From the NCBI GenBank assembly GCA_032718475.1, contig JAUCBJ010001616.1, positions 1 through 64,000 of the forward strand: DNA of 64,000 bases, written 5' to 3'. The first letter of the stretch is position 1. Every line of letters begins with the position of its first letter. The notes beneath the pieces are model-generated. The model had not been told where the DNA came from. It did no database searches and saw only the letters and a program-made list of their open reading frames with translations. The translations under genes and the position numbers were made by a program. Below are positions 1 to 12,949 of this stretch, piece after piece. The stretch is from Nemertoderma westbladi (lineage: Eukaryota; Animalia; Xenacoelomorpha).

Positions 1-59
1 AACGTGGAGATTGACTGGATGTTTCAATAGTTAATGATAAGGACAGGGACTCCAATTTA

Positions 60-3000
60 TTGGTTAATGTTAAATCCGTTAAGAAATCCGGAGCTACTTC
101 AATTATTCCCGTAAAGGAAAATATACCCAGTTCACAGTTTGCTAATGACAAAGATATTGAGTCCTGTTTAACTTTAAAGAGGCCAATGTCCCCAAAGACA
201 ACTGTGCTTCAGGATAATGTGTTGTGTTTTACCGCTGTTAATGTTAACGGAAATAATCAGAGGTCTACGCCACCAAGGAAAACTATGTTTAATGATAACA
301 TGTCGTGTTTAACCATTAGGTCAATGTCCCCAAGATTAACTACGGTTAATGATAATGTGTCGTGTTTTACCGCTGTTGGTGTTAATGAAAATGATCAGGG
401 GTCAATGACCCTCCCGGGCCTCCCCCCTTCTGCGGTTACCAGTAAAATCAGTATATTACTGTATAATGCACAGTCTGTGAACAACAAAGCAGAATTTATT
501 AAAGACTACATTCTGGAGAATACCATTGATATAACTGCCATCACTGAGACTTGGTTGACAGGTACAATCCAGGATCATGTGGTCATAAATGATATCTGTC
601 CTAGGGGTAGCTCTATAAAACACATTCCAAGAACCAGAACAAGAGGCGGTGGCGTGGCCTGTATCTATCGCGACTCCCTGAGCATGAAGGTCAGTCCTTC
701 TGATGGTTCAACATATCCAACCTTTGAGTACATGGAGCTGACCCTACGCCACTCGGGGTCCTTAATTAGGATATTCATTATATACCGGACCTGCCCAAGC
801 CCAGCTAACGGTTTCACATATACGCAATTTCTAGACCAATTTGCCGATTTGCTTCAGAATCTGATAACTTCCTCCGGTAGGCTAATTATAATTGGCGATT
901 TCAACTTCCATGTTGACAACAATTGCAATGCGGAAGCCTGCAAATTTCTCGAGATTGTTAGCTGCTTCGGACTCACACAGCATGTAGAGGAACCAACACA
1001 TCGACACGGACACACCCTTGATCTGCTCTTAACCTACTCTGAGGACTTGCAACTCGTTGATAATATTTGTGTACATGACATTGGGCTTTCTGATCACTTC
1101 GCAGTCAGCTTTAATTTGAACTTGTCAAAGCCTCCACTAGTACCCTGTGTGACATCCTACAGAGATACGAAATCGACTAACTGGTGTGACCTTCGCACTG
1201 ATATTGAATCATCACTATTATGCCGATGTCCTGCAACGAATGTCAATGAGTTATCAAGGCAGTACAATGACATTCTATCGTCCCTCTACGAACTTCACGC
1301 ACCACTTGTTGAAAAGTGCACGAAATCTCAGCCCATGGCAAAGTGGTACAATAATTCAATAATGGAGGCTAAAAGGAAGCGAAGGAGACTCGAGCGCCGG
1401 TATAGAAAGACTCAACTTCAGATAGACTGTGATGCTTACAGGCAACAATGTAATGTCGTGGCACAGCTATTAATATCAACAAAAGAGAAATTCTACAGGG
1501 GTATTATTGATTCAAACATTGGTGATAATAGAAAGCTCTTCTCAGTGGTTGACAAAATTCTTCACCGTAAAAGTAATGTCCTACCGACTCATGACTCTGC
1601 ATATGAGTTAGCTGAAAGGTTTGCAGTCTACTTCGACAAAAAGATTGAAAATATTCGCGATGAAATGCTGGGTGTTGATATCGAACTTCGACAAAATCTG
1701 CCAAATCAGACTATGAACTGCGGAAGTGCTGAATCTGAGGTTGGGGCCAAGGTAGCCCCTGATGAAGAGTATTGTAGCCCAACTGACTCTCAATTCTCTT
1801 TTTCAGTACCAAAACTTGATCACTTCGAGGAAATATCAACTGATGATGTTGCCAAGCTTATCAAAGATTCAAAACCCAAATCCAGTCCCCGTGATCCACT
1901 CCCTACACATATTGTGAAGCAATACCTTACAACTCTCTTAAGTGTCATTACAATGATAATTAATTTATCACTCACAACTGCTACATTCCCATCATTATTT
2001 AAAGAAGCTGTGCTCAATCCCATTATCAAGAAGCTACGCCTTGACCCCGAGATACTGAAAAACTTTAGACCTGTTTCAAACCTCTTGTTCATTTCGAAGT
2101 TAGTTGAAAAAGCTGTTGCAAACCAACTGATGCTCCATCTGAACTTACATAATCTACACGAGCCTATGCAAAGTGCCTATAGACCATTCCATGGAACCGA
2201 AACTGCACTCCTTAGGGTCAGCGATGAGATTCTGAGGGGAATTGATGATGGTTGTGCAGTACTGTTAATAATGCTCGATCTCAGTGCTGCATTTGATACT
2301 GTCGAACACAGTATCTTATTAAATACTCTGGAACATGAGATCGGCATTGCAGGGACAGCACTAGATTGGTTTCGATCCTACTTGTTGGGCCGCTCACAAC
2401 AAGTACGCATTAACAACTCATATTCTCAACCTCAGCAATTAAGATACGGCCTCCCACAAGGATCAGTACTTGGCCCAATACTATTTACTATTTATACACG
2501 TTCACTCGCAAATGTGATAAGGAAATACGGACTGTCCCTACATCTCTACGCAGATGATACTCAAATATACATAACATTTAAGAAATCAAACCTGAATGAT
2601 GCAGTGGATATCACTGAAAAGTGCCTTTCCGAAGTTCGAGCATGGATGGACTCACATCTTTTAAAGATGAACTCAGATAAGACTAAAGTGGTCATGCTGC
2701 AGTCGCAATTCGGTAAACAAGTTGAATCCCCGCACGTGATAATCGGTTCCGAGACTATTGGTTGTAGCGCAACTGCGCGTAATATCGGTGTTGAAATCGA
2801 TTCTCATCTGACACTCCGCAAGCACATTGGAATTACTGTCAGAGAAGCATTCTATCACCTCAGGAATCTTGGAAAAATTAAGCGCTATTTATCCAAAGAT
2901 AATCTTGAGATTTTGATTCATGCGCTTGTCACAAGTAAATTGGACAACTGCAACTCCCTTTATTACGGTCTTCCGACTGATTCCATTAAAAAGCTACAAT

Positions 3001-3560
3001 ATGTGCAGAACTGTGCGGCGCGTCTTTTAGTTGGTCTCAAGAAAAGTGACAGGCAACGAATGACCCCTGTACTAATGCGACTACATTGGCTTCCAGTGCA
3101 ACGTCGGATAGACTATAAAATTGCTATGATTACCTACAAGTGTCTGAATGGAACAGCACCAGTATATCTGCGAGATCTACTGTCACCCTACACGCCCTCC
3201 GGGTCACTGAAGTCATCCCACTACGAACTGCTGGTGATCCCTAGATTCAACATGGTGCACTACGGCAAGCGCGCTTTCTCAGTTGCTGCCCCGACTATTT
3301 GGAACAAACTGCCAATCAACGTTCGACAATCACCAACCATCGCGGTTTTTAAGTCGAGGCTAAAATCACACTACTTCCACCTGGAGTACGAGTAAATCTG
3401 CATAATCATGTTCACACAATGTTATCAATGTCCGTTTTTAATTAAACTGTTTTTATCTAATTTTTTAGCAATCCTACATTTTAACAGTGCCATGCGCCTT
3501 GCTCTTCATTTAGGAAAGGCGCTATATAAATATTTTAATTATTATTATTATTATTATTAT
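60..3560 (+). mobile_element. L2/CR1-group LINE with uninterrupted APE-endonuclease + reverse transcriptase ORF (60-3395) and (TTA)n 3' tail
   Basis: 1111-aa ORF with APE motifs (YNAQS, ITETW, GDFNFH, TLDL, SDH), RT motifs (QSAYR, LDLSAAFDTV, GLPQGSVLGP, YADD) and the L2/CR1-type C-terminus HWLPV..RI.YKI...AP.YL. Ends in GCGCTATATAAAT...(TTA)n. The 5' part probably lies before the window. Confidence 0.93.
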
Positions 3561-3564
3561 ATCG

Positions 3565-4150
3565 TCTCTCGAGTTTATCGCTCTGTAAACGACGAGTAAG
3601 AACATATTTATAGGAACCGCAACCGGAGGTCAAGAGTTTTGAACCGATATCGGCTATTTCGAGTTTGTTGCGAAAACTTGTGTGTCGAGGTAGTGTTGTC
3701 GCGTAGCCATTCGGATAGTTGGTGGAGGAACTCCGGTTTGCCATCGCCTAGAACCATAGCATTTCCAATAGGATCCGGATGAAATTGCTCATTGGCATTA
3801 ACAACCAACCACCAGTGACTGACTAAACGAAGGAAGGAAGCGGTACATTTCTCTTCGGGATAGTAAAACTCACAGGCTGCAATAGTAGAGGGATGAAAAA
3901 CTGCTAAAGCCAGAGGAACACTCTGTTTATTATTTCCAAAATGAGTTGCAGAGTAAGTCAACTTGGGAGCCAATCGTAGATGTGAGGAAGTGCAACTGTC
4001 CCGTTCCTCGACCTTGTATAAATGTTGCCATTTAATAACACCGGGAGGAACAGTATATACCGTGCTATTAAGAGAGTATTTAAATGACTTATTGATGTTA
4101 AACCATTTTTTTCAGCAAAAACACAGGATACAGCAGGGCTGAATCTAACC
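3565..4150 (-). pseudogene. P-element/THAP9-like transposase remnant
   Basis: Fragmented ORFs. KLTYSATHFGNNKQSVPLALAVFHPSTIAA...TASFLRLVSHWW resembles the KL..H....K..V.LA..F..S segment of P-superfamily transposases. Confidence 0.6.
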
Positions 4151-4310
4151 ATAACAATAGAAATAAGCTCTATAAAACACTTAATAAAGATAAATTTGGA
4201 AAATTACAAATTCATCATATATATAAAATTCCAAAAAAATGTCAACCGAAAAGTGAAAACCTATTCTGCACACGGGCGGACTTTCGAGTTTCAACGCAAT
4301 CAAAAATCAA

Positions 4311-5144
4311 CCTACCCCGTTCCGTCCCTACCCCGTTCCGTCCCTACCCCGTTCCGTCGCTAACCCGTTCCGTCCCTACCCCGTTCCGTCCCTACCCCGT
4401 TCCGTCTCTACCCAGTTCCGTCTCTACCCAGTTCCGTCCCTACACCGTTCCGTCCCTACCCCGTTCCGTCCCTACCCCGTTCCGTCCCTACCCCGTTCCG
4501 TCCATACCCCATTCCGTCCCTACCCCGTTCCGTCCCTAACCCGTTCCGTCCATAACCCGTTCCGTCCCTACCCCGTTCCGTCCCTACCCCGTTCCGTCCA
4601 TACCCCGTTCCATCCCTACCCCGTTCTGTCCCTACCCCGTTCCGTCCCTACCCCGTTCCGTCCCTACCCTGTTCCGTCCCTACCCCGTTCCGTCCCTACC
4701 CCGTTCCGTCCCTACCCCGTTCTGTCCCTACCCCGTTCCGTCCCTACCCCGTTCCGTCCCTACCCCGTTCCGTCCCTACCCCGTTCTGTCCCTAACCCGT
4801 TCCGTCCCTACCCCGTTCCGTCCCTACCCCGTTCCGTCCCTACCCCGTTCCGTCCCTACCCCGTTCCGTCCCTAACCCGTTCCGTCCATACCCCGTTCCG
4901 TCCCTACCCCGTTCCGTCCCTACCCCGTTCCGTCCATACCCCGTTCCGTCCCTACCCCGTTCCGTCCCTACCCCGTTCCGTCCATACCCCGTTCCGTCCC
5001 TACCCCGTTCTGTCCCTACCCCGTTCCGTCCCTACCCCGTTCCGTCCCTACCCCGTTCCATCCCTACCCCGTTCCGTCCCTAACCCGTTCCGTCCCTACC
5101 CCGTTCCGTCCCTAACCCGTTCCGTCCCTACCCCGTTCCGTCCC
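4311..5144 (-). repeat. 16-bp tandem array (GGGACGGAACGGGGTA on -), about 52 copies
   Basis: Directly visible period-16 repeat with scattered point variants. Confidence 0.97.
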
Positions 5145-5500
5145 CTGTAACATATAAATATAGTAAATATAGTCGAATTGATAAGTAAATAATAAATATA
5201 GTCTATAATTGTGAATAATAGACTATTACTAAATACTTGTAAAATTTTTAATTAATTTTAAACTTATTGCTCCACCTGTATAAAAGAATAAACCTTTTAC
5301 CCCGTTTAGGGGTGCACCTTGAAAAAAAAAAAATAATAATTGTGAATAATGAATATTCATAGTTAACTTACCTAGAATGGATACTAATTACCATTTAGAT
5401 TTACAATAATTAATTAGATTTATAATTATAAAATTATATAAATTCACAGTTTTTATTACAATAAGATCATTTAATATTAATATATAAATTAACCTAAAAT

Positions 5501-6878
5501 TAACCTACCTTCATCACGCAATGTGAGTTAGCGTGATCTTGAATAACCTATCTTCATCACGCAATGTGAGTTAGCGTGATCGTGAATAACCTACCTTCAT
5601 CACGCAATGTGAGTTAGCGTGATCGTGAATAACCTACCTTCATCACGCAATGTGAGTTAGCGTGATCGTGAATAACCTACCTTCATCACGCAATGTGAGT
5701 TAGCGTGATCGTGAATAACCTACCTTCACCACGCAATGTGAGTTAGCGTGATCGTGAATAACCTACCTTCATTACGCAATGTGAGTTAGCGTGATCGTGA
5801 ATAACATACCTTCATCACGCAATGTGAGTTAGCGTGATCGTGAATAACCTACCTTCATCGCGCAATGTGAGTTAGCGTGATCGTGAATAACCTACCTTCA
5901 TCACGCAATGTGAGTTAGCGTGATCGTGAATAACCTACCTTCATCACGCAATGTGAGTTAGCGTGATCGTGAATAACCTACCTTCATCACGCAATGTGAG
6001 TTAGCGTGATCGTGAATAACCTACCTTCATCACGCAATGTGAGTTAGCGTGATCGTGAATAACCTACCTTCATCACGCAATGTGAGTTAGCGTGATCGTG
6101 AATAACCTACCTTCATCACGCAATGTGAGTTAGCGTGATCGTGAATAACCTACCTTCATCACGCAATGTGAGTTAGCGTGATCGTGAATAACCTACCTTC
6201 ATCACGCAATGTGAGTTAGCGTGATCGTGAATAACCTACCTTCATCACGCAATGTGAGTTAGCGTGATCGTGAATAACCTACCTTCACCACACAATGTGA
6301 GTTAGCGTGATCGTGAATAACCTACCTTCATCACGCAATGTGAGTTAGCGTGATCGTGAATAACCTACCTTCATCACGCAATGTGAGTTAGCGTGATCGT
6401 GAATAACCTACCTTCATCACGCAATGTGAGTTAGCGTGATTGTGAATAACCTACCTTCACCACGCAATGTGAGTTAGCGTGATCGTGAATAACCTACCTT
6501 CATCACGCAATGTGAGTTAGCGTGATCGTGAATAACCTACCTTCATCACGCAATGTGAGTTAGCGTGATCGTGAATAACCTACCTTCATCACGCAATGTG
6601 AGTTAGCGTGATCGTGAATAACCTACCTTCACCACGCAATGTGAGTTAGCGTGATCGTGAATAACCTACCTTCATCACGCAATGTGAGTTAGCGTGATCG
6701 TGAATAACCTACCTTCATCACGCAATGTGAGTTAGCGTGATCGTGAATAACATACCTTCATCACGCAATGTGAGTTAGCGTGATCGTGAATAACCTACCT
6801 TCATCGCGCAATGTGAGTTAGCGTGATCGTGAATAACCTACCTTCATCACGCAATGTGAGTTAGCGTGATCGTGAATA
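5501..6878 (-). repeat. 43-bp tandem array = last 37 nt of the CDO exon + GTAGGT donor, about 32 copies
   Basis: Unit on -: TATTCACGATCACGCTAACTCACATTGCGTGATGAAG|GTAGGT. The first copy is the coding end of the exon (IHDHANSHCVMK). Confidence 0.97.
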
Positions 6879-7117
6879 CAGGATCCTTGTCCTTCACTCC
6901 AACACAGAACAATAATGTTGTAGGTCCCGTTACCGGCATCAACTAGGTTCCGAGTGTAACGGTGCTCGTCGAACAAAGCAAACTGCTTCCAGTCCATCTC
7001 GCTACTCCTGTACGCATCCATAATCTCCTTCAAATCGTCAACGTTAACGCGTTCACCCTCGAATATTTCGTGGACTCTGGACAACATTTGATTCCAGTTT
7101 AGCGATAAACAAGTCAT
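6842..7117 (-). CDS. CDO1: Cysteine dioxygenase, first coding exon (92 aa, phase-0 donor)
   Basis: MTCL...FDEHRYTRNLVDAGNGTYNIIVLCWSEGQGSCIHDHANSHCVMK carries the CDO signature YTRNLVD, two Fe-ligand histidines (HDH) and the cross-link Cys. ATG at 7117, AAG|GTAGGT donor at 6841. Downstream exons not identified in the window. Confidence 0.92.
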
Positions 7118-8260
7118 CTCGGTAGAGGTTTCTTTGGCTGAGTATCTTATAACGTCCAGAAAATTAGTTACATAGACAAACCAACGCAAAATGGTTCACT
7201 GTGACAAGGATTGTAAATAAATTACACACATTGGTAGCGGTATTACCGTGGGTAGAAGATAAACTCCCTAGTTATAATAAAAAAACAACTGGTCAGATAA
7301 CAGTTGTAATAAAAATTAATTAACTTCAGTTAGCTAATTTATATTAACAAATTTAACTCATTGCCAGTCGCGCCATCAGTCCTGCTTCCATAATGTTTAA
7401 TTATGTAAAAAAAGTCAGTTGCAAGTTCTGATCACGGCAGTTGTTAATTTGTTGTAACAATATATCGAAGTAAATTCGATATAGTTCCTACATCCTAAGA
7501 AGCCTCAATAGCACGAGGGAAAGGGAGACATGATACAATAAACATATTGTTCATTGATCTATATCTCCCTGCAGCCGCAATGCAAATAAATGGTCGAGTC
7601 CCAAGTGGGCAATAAAATGAGTCCAGAAATAGAATTAGGGCAAGAAGAGATGAACACAGTAGAAATAATATATTTATAACAACTATAAACTATCTCAAGT
7701 ACAACATATCGCCATATGGATTTCAGCAAAGAAATGGAAACCCAAGGTGACATTCATGACGTAACTTGGGAAATTTCCAAGGCATCTCTGGCCATTATTG
7801 GGCGGGCATTGAAATTGGATATGTTACGTACGCCCTTTTTTCTAGCCAATGAATCGTATTACTATATGCCTCTTCCTCTCACTATGGCGACTTACGCGCT
7901 GGCAACAATTCAAGGCAAGGGAGGCAAGTATTATACTCTAAAATAGAGTACAGTGACGATGCCTCAGTCTCTCAAGCGAGGTCCTTTGAAAGCCCTAACA
8001 ACTTTCGGCGAATCATCTGGGTTTGTTCATGATTACTCTGGTAGATAATGCATTACACCATGCATCATGGAAGTACAGTATATGAATAATGTGAGGAATA
8101 GTGCCCATGTGAAGAATTCCCCATAAAGGATTTGTTTTCTAGGGATTAGTTCTGTCTTATAATAACCTATGGTGGGCCTGAGGCTGAGCGGCCAGGTGTG
8201 TTGTTGGTATAGAAACTACTCCAGCCAATTAGATTTGTTTTAACTAGTTTTGTAAAGTCA

Positions 8261-8395
8261 TATGACCCACCTTAATAACCTGTATGACCCACCTTAATAA
8301 CCTGTATGACCCACGTTAATAACCTGTATGACCCACCTTAATAACCTGTATGACCCACCTTAATAACCTGTATGACCCACCTTAATAACCTGTAT
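8261..8395 (-). repeat. 22-bp tandem array (CAGGTTATTAAGGTGGGTCATA on -), 6 copies
   Basis: Units start at 8261, 8283, 8305, 8327, 8349 and 8371. Confidence 0.95.
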
Positions 8396-8779
8396 ATTTT
8401 GACTGACTTCTTTAGATTACATTGTTGACATCGATAATCCGAGGGATCTATCGGATGCGAGATTCTCGATTCTCCATCTCCAGGGGTGTGTTCCACTCTC
8501 ACTATTATTCCAATGCCCGGGGTCCTGATTACAAGTTCTAAAATGCGCTACAGGCCTATCATAACGACAGTTTGAGTAGTATTTTAACAATTAAAACCAA
8601 CAGGGTTGGTGCATGAAAAAATTGTTGCACTAGAAACAATTGAATAAGGGGTATCAAGGTGCCCTGAATCGAATGGTGGGGTGATTTTTTGTAAAAACAC
8701 GTAGAAACGGTGGAAATAGTGGGTTTAAGTAAGCGTGGGAATTCAATTTTGAAAAGCGGCTGTGATTGGCTGCTACAGA

Positions 8780-9130
8780 TTTGACGTCAATACAAAGTGC
8801 TCTCCGAATTACAAAGGGGGCATTTTTATGTAAAGCAAATTTTTGGAACGGAACCATATTTGGTCCATATCCCACATTGTTACGTTGTATGTCTAGTATC
8901 ACCCCTCGCCCAGAAAGGCTGTGCCGCGTCTGCAACTCAGGTAAAATTGAAAGTGAACTAAATTTCCTGCTAGAATGACAAATTTAGTCACTAAGAGTTG
9001 AGTACCTCCCTATGCGATTTACACAAAATCCTTCGATACATAAATACCGTAGTTTACTATCGGTAACAGAACCCGCAACCTTTAAACATTAGCTCACTAT
9101 TTTCGTGTGACTTTTCCCTCGGTATTACTT
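8780..9130 (+). mobile_element. Decayed 3' end of a non-LTR retrotransposon (C-terminal CCHC-like finger, RTEX-like)
   Basis: RPERLCRVCNSGKIESELNFLLE* matches the RLC..C....IE.E.HFLL.C pattern. Degenerate. Confidence 0.45.
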
Positions 9131-9734
9131 AAATTTACCATGATAAGGTTGAAAATTACTTCATATGAACTGCAAACTAGACCATATTGAATCTATTTAC
9201 TACTAATCTATTTTTATACACCATTTCAGCTGCGGGATCTGTGATACTTTAATTAAGTAAGAAACATTACATAGGCCTTAACCATAATTTATTGTTCAGT
9301 TATATTACATATCTATTTTCGTTGCACAAATAAGAAATTAAATTAATTAATTATGTACGTCTTCTCAAAAAACTCTATCCACCCCCTGGCGTACTTATTC
9401 ACGAAAACGTCAACTGTACACTCGTACAATACTAGATAGGCGTCGTCGGGTCTTTATCACCCGCCTCTAGTTAGACTCGGGACTGCTCGTAGTCACTGTC
9501 CTTCCAGGGCACTCTTCATTGGAACGCGCTTAATTACAATGTCCGGTCAATCCCATGTAGAACAGTGTTTTGAAAAAAACTAGAACAAATCCAATAAGCG
9601 GTTTACTCTCGCAACTGAAAGATATGAGTATGAGAACCCTCCAGGAGAAATACCGGCTCTGTCGTCGCCCGGGTCCGTCAGCGGTACCCCACGCTGGGGT
9701 CGATAAATGGCTACTGGAACAGCCGAATGGCTAC

Positions 9735-12700
9735 TGCTAAGCCCATTTGTAATTAAGACTCTCTAGGAATTCAGTCTCTCGCTCACGTATGTTCAGCATA
9801 CTTTCATTATATGGGATTCCTGATGAAATTATTGCAGCAATCAGATCAGTATACGATGGTTCGACAACATTTGTGTCTACTGTTGACGGTGACACAGAAC
9901 CATTTGAAGTGTTATGGGGCGTCCTCCAAGGAGACACACTTGCACCATTCTTGTTCATTATTGTGGTTGACTATGTTCTACGCATGTCCTTAGATCATTA
10001 TAATGATGATGGGGTGATGATAACTCCACCTACTGGCTCCAGAAGTCGAGGAAATCCTGCCAAGTACCTAACTGATCTAGACTTTGCTGATGACTTAGGA
10101 GTACTCTCAGAATCATTAGAGGGAGCCCAACGGCTCCTCAGCTCATTAGAACATGCTGCTTCTAGTGTTGGTCTTTTTATTAACTCCAGAAAGACCAAAA
10201 TTCTGACAGTTAACTTTGAAAGTCCTCAGCAAGTCTCTGATCGGATGAGCATAAGCTCAAAGGATGGTATGCTTGAGCATGTGGACGACTTCTGTTACCT
10301 GGGATCATGGATCCGGAAGTCAGGTGAGGACCTTCGAATACGTAAGGGAAAGGCATGGGCAGCCTTGAATAGGCTTTCCAGGATTTGGAAGTCACCGAGA
10401 ATTAATCGGAAACTTAAGGTCCGATTATTTAGAGCAGCAGTAGTTCCAGTACTCCTCTACGGGAGTCCATGCTGGGCTCTAACTGCTGAGGACACCAAAT
10501 CTCTGGATGGCACATTCACAAGAATGCTACGCCGGGTTCATTGTGTCAAGTACAATGCACACATCTCCAACCAGACACTATATAACATTGGAGGTGTCTC
10601 ATTGGTTCCCCCAAGCTTGACACTAGAACAAAATCGCCTCCGCTTTGCAGGACATTGCTTTCGCCGTGAGGATCAGCCAGTGCATAATCTTGTACTTTGG
10701 CAGCCTCATGGAGTGAATAAGCATGGTGGACAGCCCATGACTTTCTTGAAACGCATCTTAAAGGACACTGGCCTTAAAGATGCGGATGATCTAGCAAATG
10801 TCATGGGTGATAGGGAGTTGTGGCGGTGCAATTTTGTTGACAAGCCGGCACAGCATTCTTAAAAATGCAGCTGCAATGCAGCATGCCGATCCTAGTAGTA
10901 GTAGTAGTAATTAAGACCCTAAACAATATCGAATCTATAAATTCCAGGGTTATGATCGCAACATTTGATGGGAATCCCAACGTTGCCACAGTCCAACCAA
11001 TGCCTCAGAGCCAGAACAAGCAGTCAAGTTTTATGAAGATCTGACTGGACTTATAAAGGACATTCCGAAACACAATGTTAAAGTCATTGCTGGCGACCTC
11101 AATGCGCAAATTGGCCCAGAAGACATCAAGGGTTTCACCTATAACACCAGTTCTAACAGAAATGGGTACTTACTTTTAGACCTAATGGAAGAATGTGAAT
11201 TGATACCAACAAACAACACATTCGAAAAGAGTAAGGGGAAGCTATGGACCTTTCAATACCCTAATGGAACCAATGAAAACAACTGGATTACATCCTTATA
11301 AACAAAAAGTGGAGAAACAGCATGATCAACTGCGAGGCATACAGCTCGTTCAACCTAATTGGTTCGGACCACAGAATTGTGACTGCAGAGATCAGACTCA
11401 GTTTGAGAGCCAGCAAACCCAGGACAAGCAAGCAAATCAACTATGACTGGGAGAAACTCAGAACTGACAATGCTGTAAAGGATGCTTACATAGTAGAAGT
11501 TCAAAACCGCTTTGAAGCACTTCAGTCAATGGATGAAGACCAGTCCACCGATTCAATATACCCGAATATAATAACAGCCCACAAGGAATCAGCTAATAGG
11601 CATATCCCCCAGAAACCCAAACGAAAACAGTTGGTGCCATGGCAAAACTCTGAGGTTACTTGTAAGAGAGAAGATCTTAAGATAACCTGCAAAGTTAAAA
11701 CCGAACAACCAACAACCGAAAACATTAACAAGGTTGAGAAAGCTAAGGACGATCTTAAATTGGCCGACAACATCAGACAGGAAAAGTACATACAGGATGA
11801 AATTGTAGCAATTACAACTGCTCACATACAGCAACAATCAAGACTTACCTGGCAAACTGTAAATTAGGTATCTGGATATCTCTGGAAAAGTTGTGCAAAG
11901 GGGCGCGCCTCAAAGCCGATAGTCCTGAAGAACGTGTTGGGAAGTGGAAAAATCACTTCAGCAACTTGCTTGGACAGCCACCAAACATCGAGGTCAGCCC
12001 TACATTAAAATGCCATTTAGTAATTAGTTCTGGTTGACCCCTTATACTGCACATAATGTACTAACTACTGTACTGTTAGTATTTGACCCTTTATTCTGCA
12101 CATACTATTTACTGTAAGTACTGTATAACTTGACTAATTAACAGACGCGTATGGTAGTGCTAATTAACACAATGTAGGTACTGAATAATCGAACTAAATA
12201 TCAATCTACTGTACAATTAATAGACAAACTTTTTCATAAACTCAATATTGGCGAGTTCAATGTTAACTGTATAATATAATTACCACAAAGGGGAAAAGCC
12301 ACCACCAATTTGGAGTCGAGGTCAACAAAAGACTCTCCCCAAGAAAGGAGACCTCGGCATACCAACAAACTATCGTGGGATCTGTCTACTTGTGGTAGCT
12401 GCCAAAATATACAATAAAATGATTCTATATAGGATTAGGCCTCACATAGAGAAACTACTGCGTAAGAGCCAAAACGGATTTCGACCAAGGAGATCAACAA
12501 TAGCTCAGATACTTGCACTACGGAGACTGATTGAAGGAATTGAGTCAAAGAATCTCCCCGCAGCCATGACTTTTGTGGACTTCAAGAAGGCATTCGACTC
12601 CATCCATAGAGGTAAAATGCTTGAAATCCTAAGAGCTTATGGAATACCAGAAGTAATTGTTGCTGGCATTGGATTTTTATATTGTGACACAGAAGCGTAG

Positions 12701-12865
12701 GTACTCTCACCAGATGGTGAAACTGAGTTTATCTCAATCCTGGCTTGTGTACTGCAAGGTGACACATTAGCACCATTACTATTTGTAATTGTGCTGGAAT
12801 ACGCAATGAGGACGGCCACAACGGGTGAAGATCTGGGATTCACACTTCAAGAACGCAGAAGTAGT
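9735..12865 (+). mobile_element. Degenerate RTE-clade LINE (family B; EN + RT fragments), interrupted by a younger RTE
   Basis: LLSPFVIKTLNNIESINSRVMIATFDGNP reads across the insertion. Also GDLNAQIG, SDHRIV, QNGFRPRRST, FVDFKKAFDSI and VLQGDTLAP, with many stops and frameshifts. Confidence 0.85.
9760..10906 (+). mobile_element. 5'-truncated RTE LINE (family A) with (GTA)n tail and 11-bp TSD
   Basis: ORF 9789-10862 has GVLQGDTLAPFLF, LDFADD, YLGS and RFAGHC. TSD GTAATTAAGAC at 9749-9759 and 10907-10917. Confidence 0.93.
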
Positions 12866-12949
12866 AGTTGTCTTGGTTGTGCGTATATTCTAAATTTAAC
12901 ACTTGGATTTTCGAATAAACTTGTAACTTGTAGTAAATAGCTCAGAAAT

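Noticed and set aside
6818-7189. CDO ORF exactly as given in the track
   Set aside because: The TTG start and the VGYSRSR* end are artefacts. Homology supports ATG 7117 and a splice at 6842.
7716-7946. 76-aa ATG ORF upstream of CDO
   Set aside because: No recognisable motif or supporting splice signals.
5132-8389. Joining candidate microexons VIK (8381-8389) and GTER (5132-5144) as the CDO continuation (K-VIKG...)
   Set aside because: The resemblance to the expected V/L-L-x-G segment is tempting, but VIK lies upstream of exon 1 on the transcript. It would need exon scrambling and the match is too short to trust.
9620-9730. Possible self-cleaving ribozyme in the GC-rich stretch ahead of the RTE family-B remnant
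   Set aside because: RTE 5' UTRs can carry HDV-like ribozymes, but I could not build the fold by eye. An Infernal/RNAmotif search is needed.
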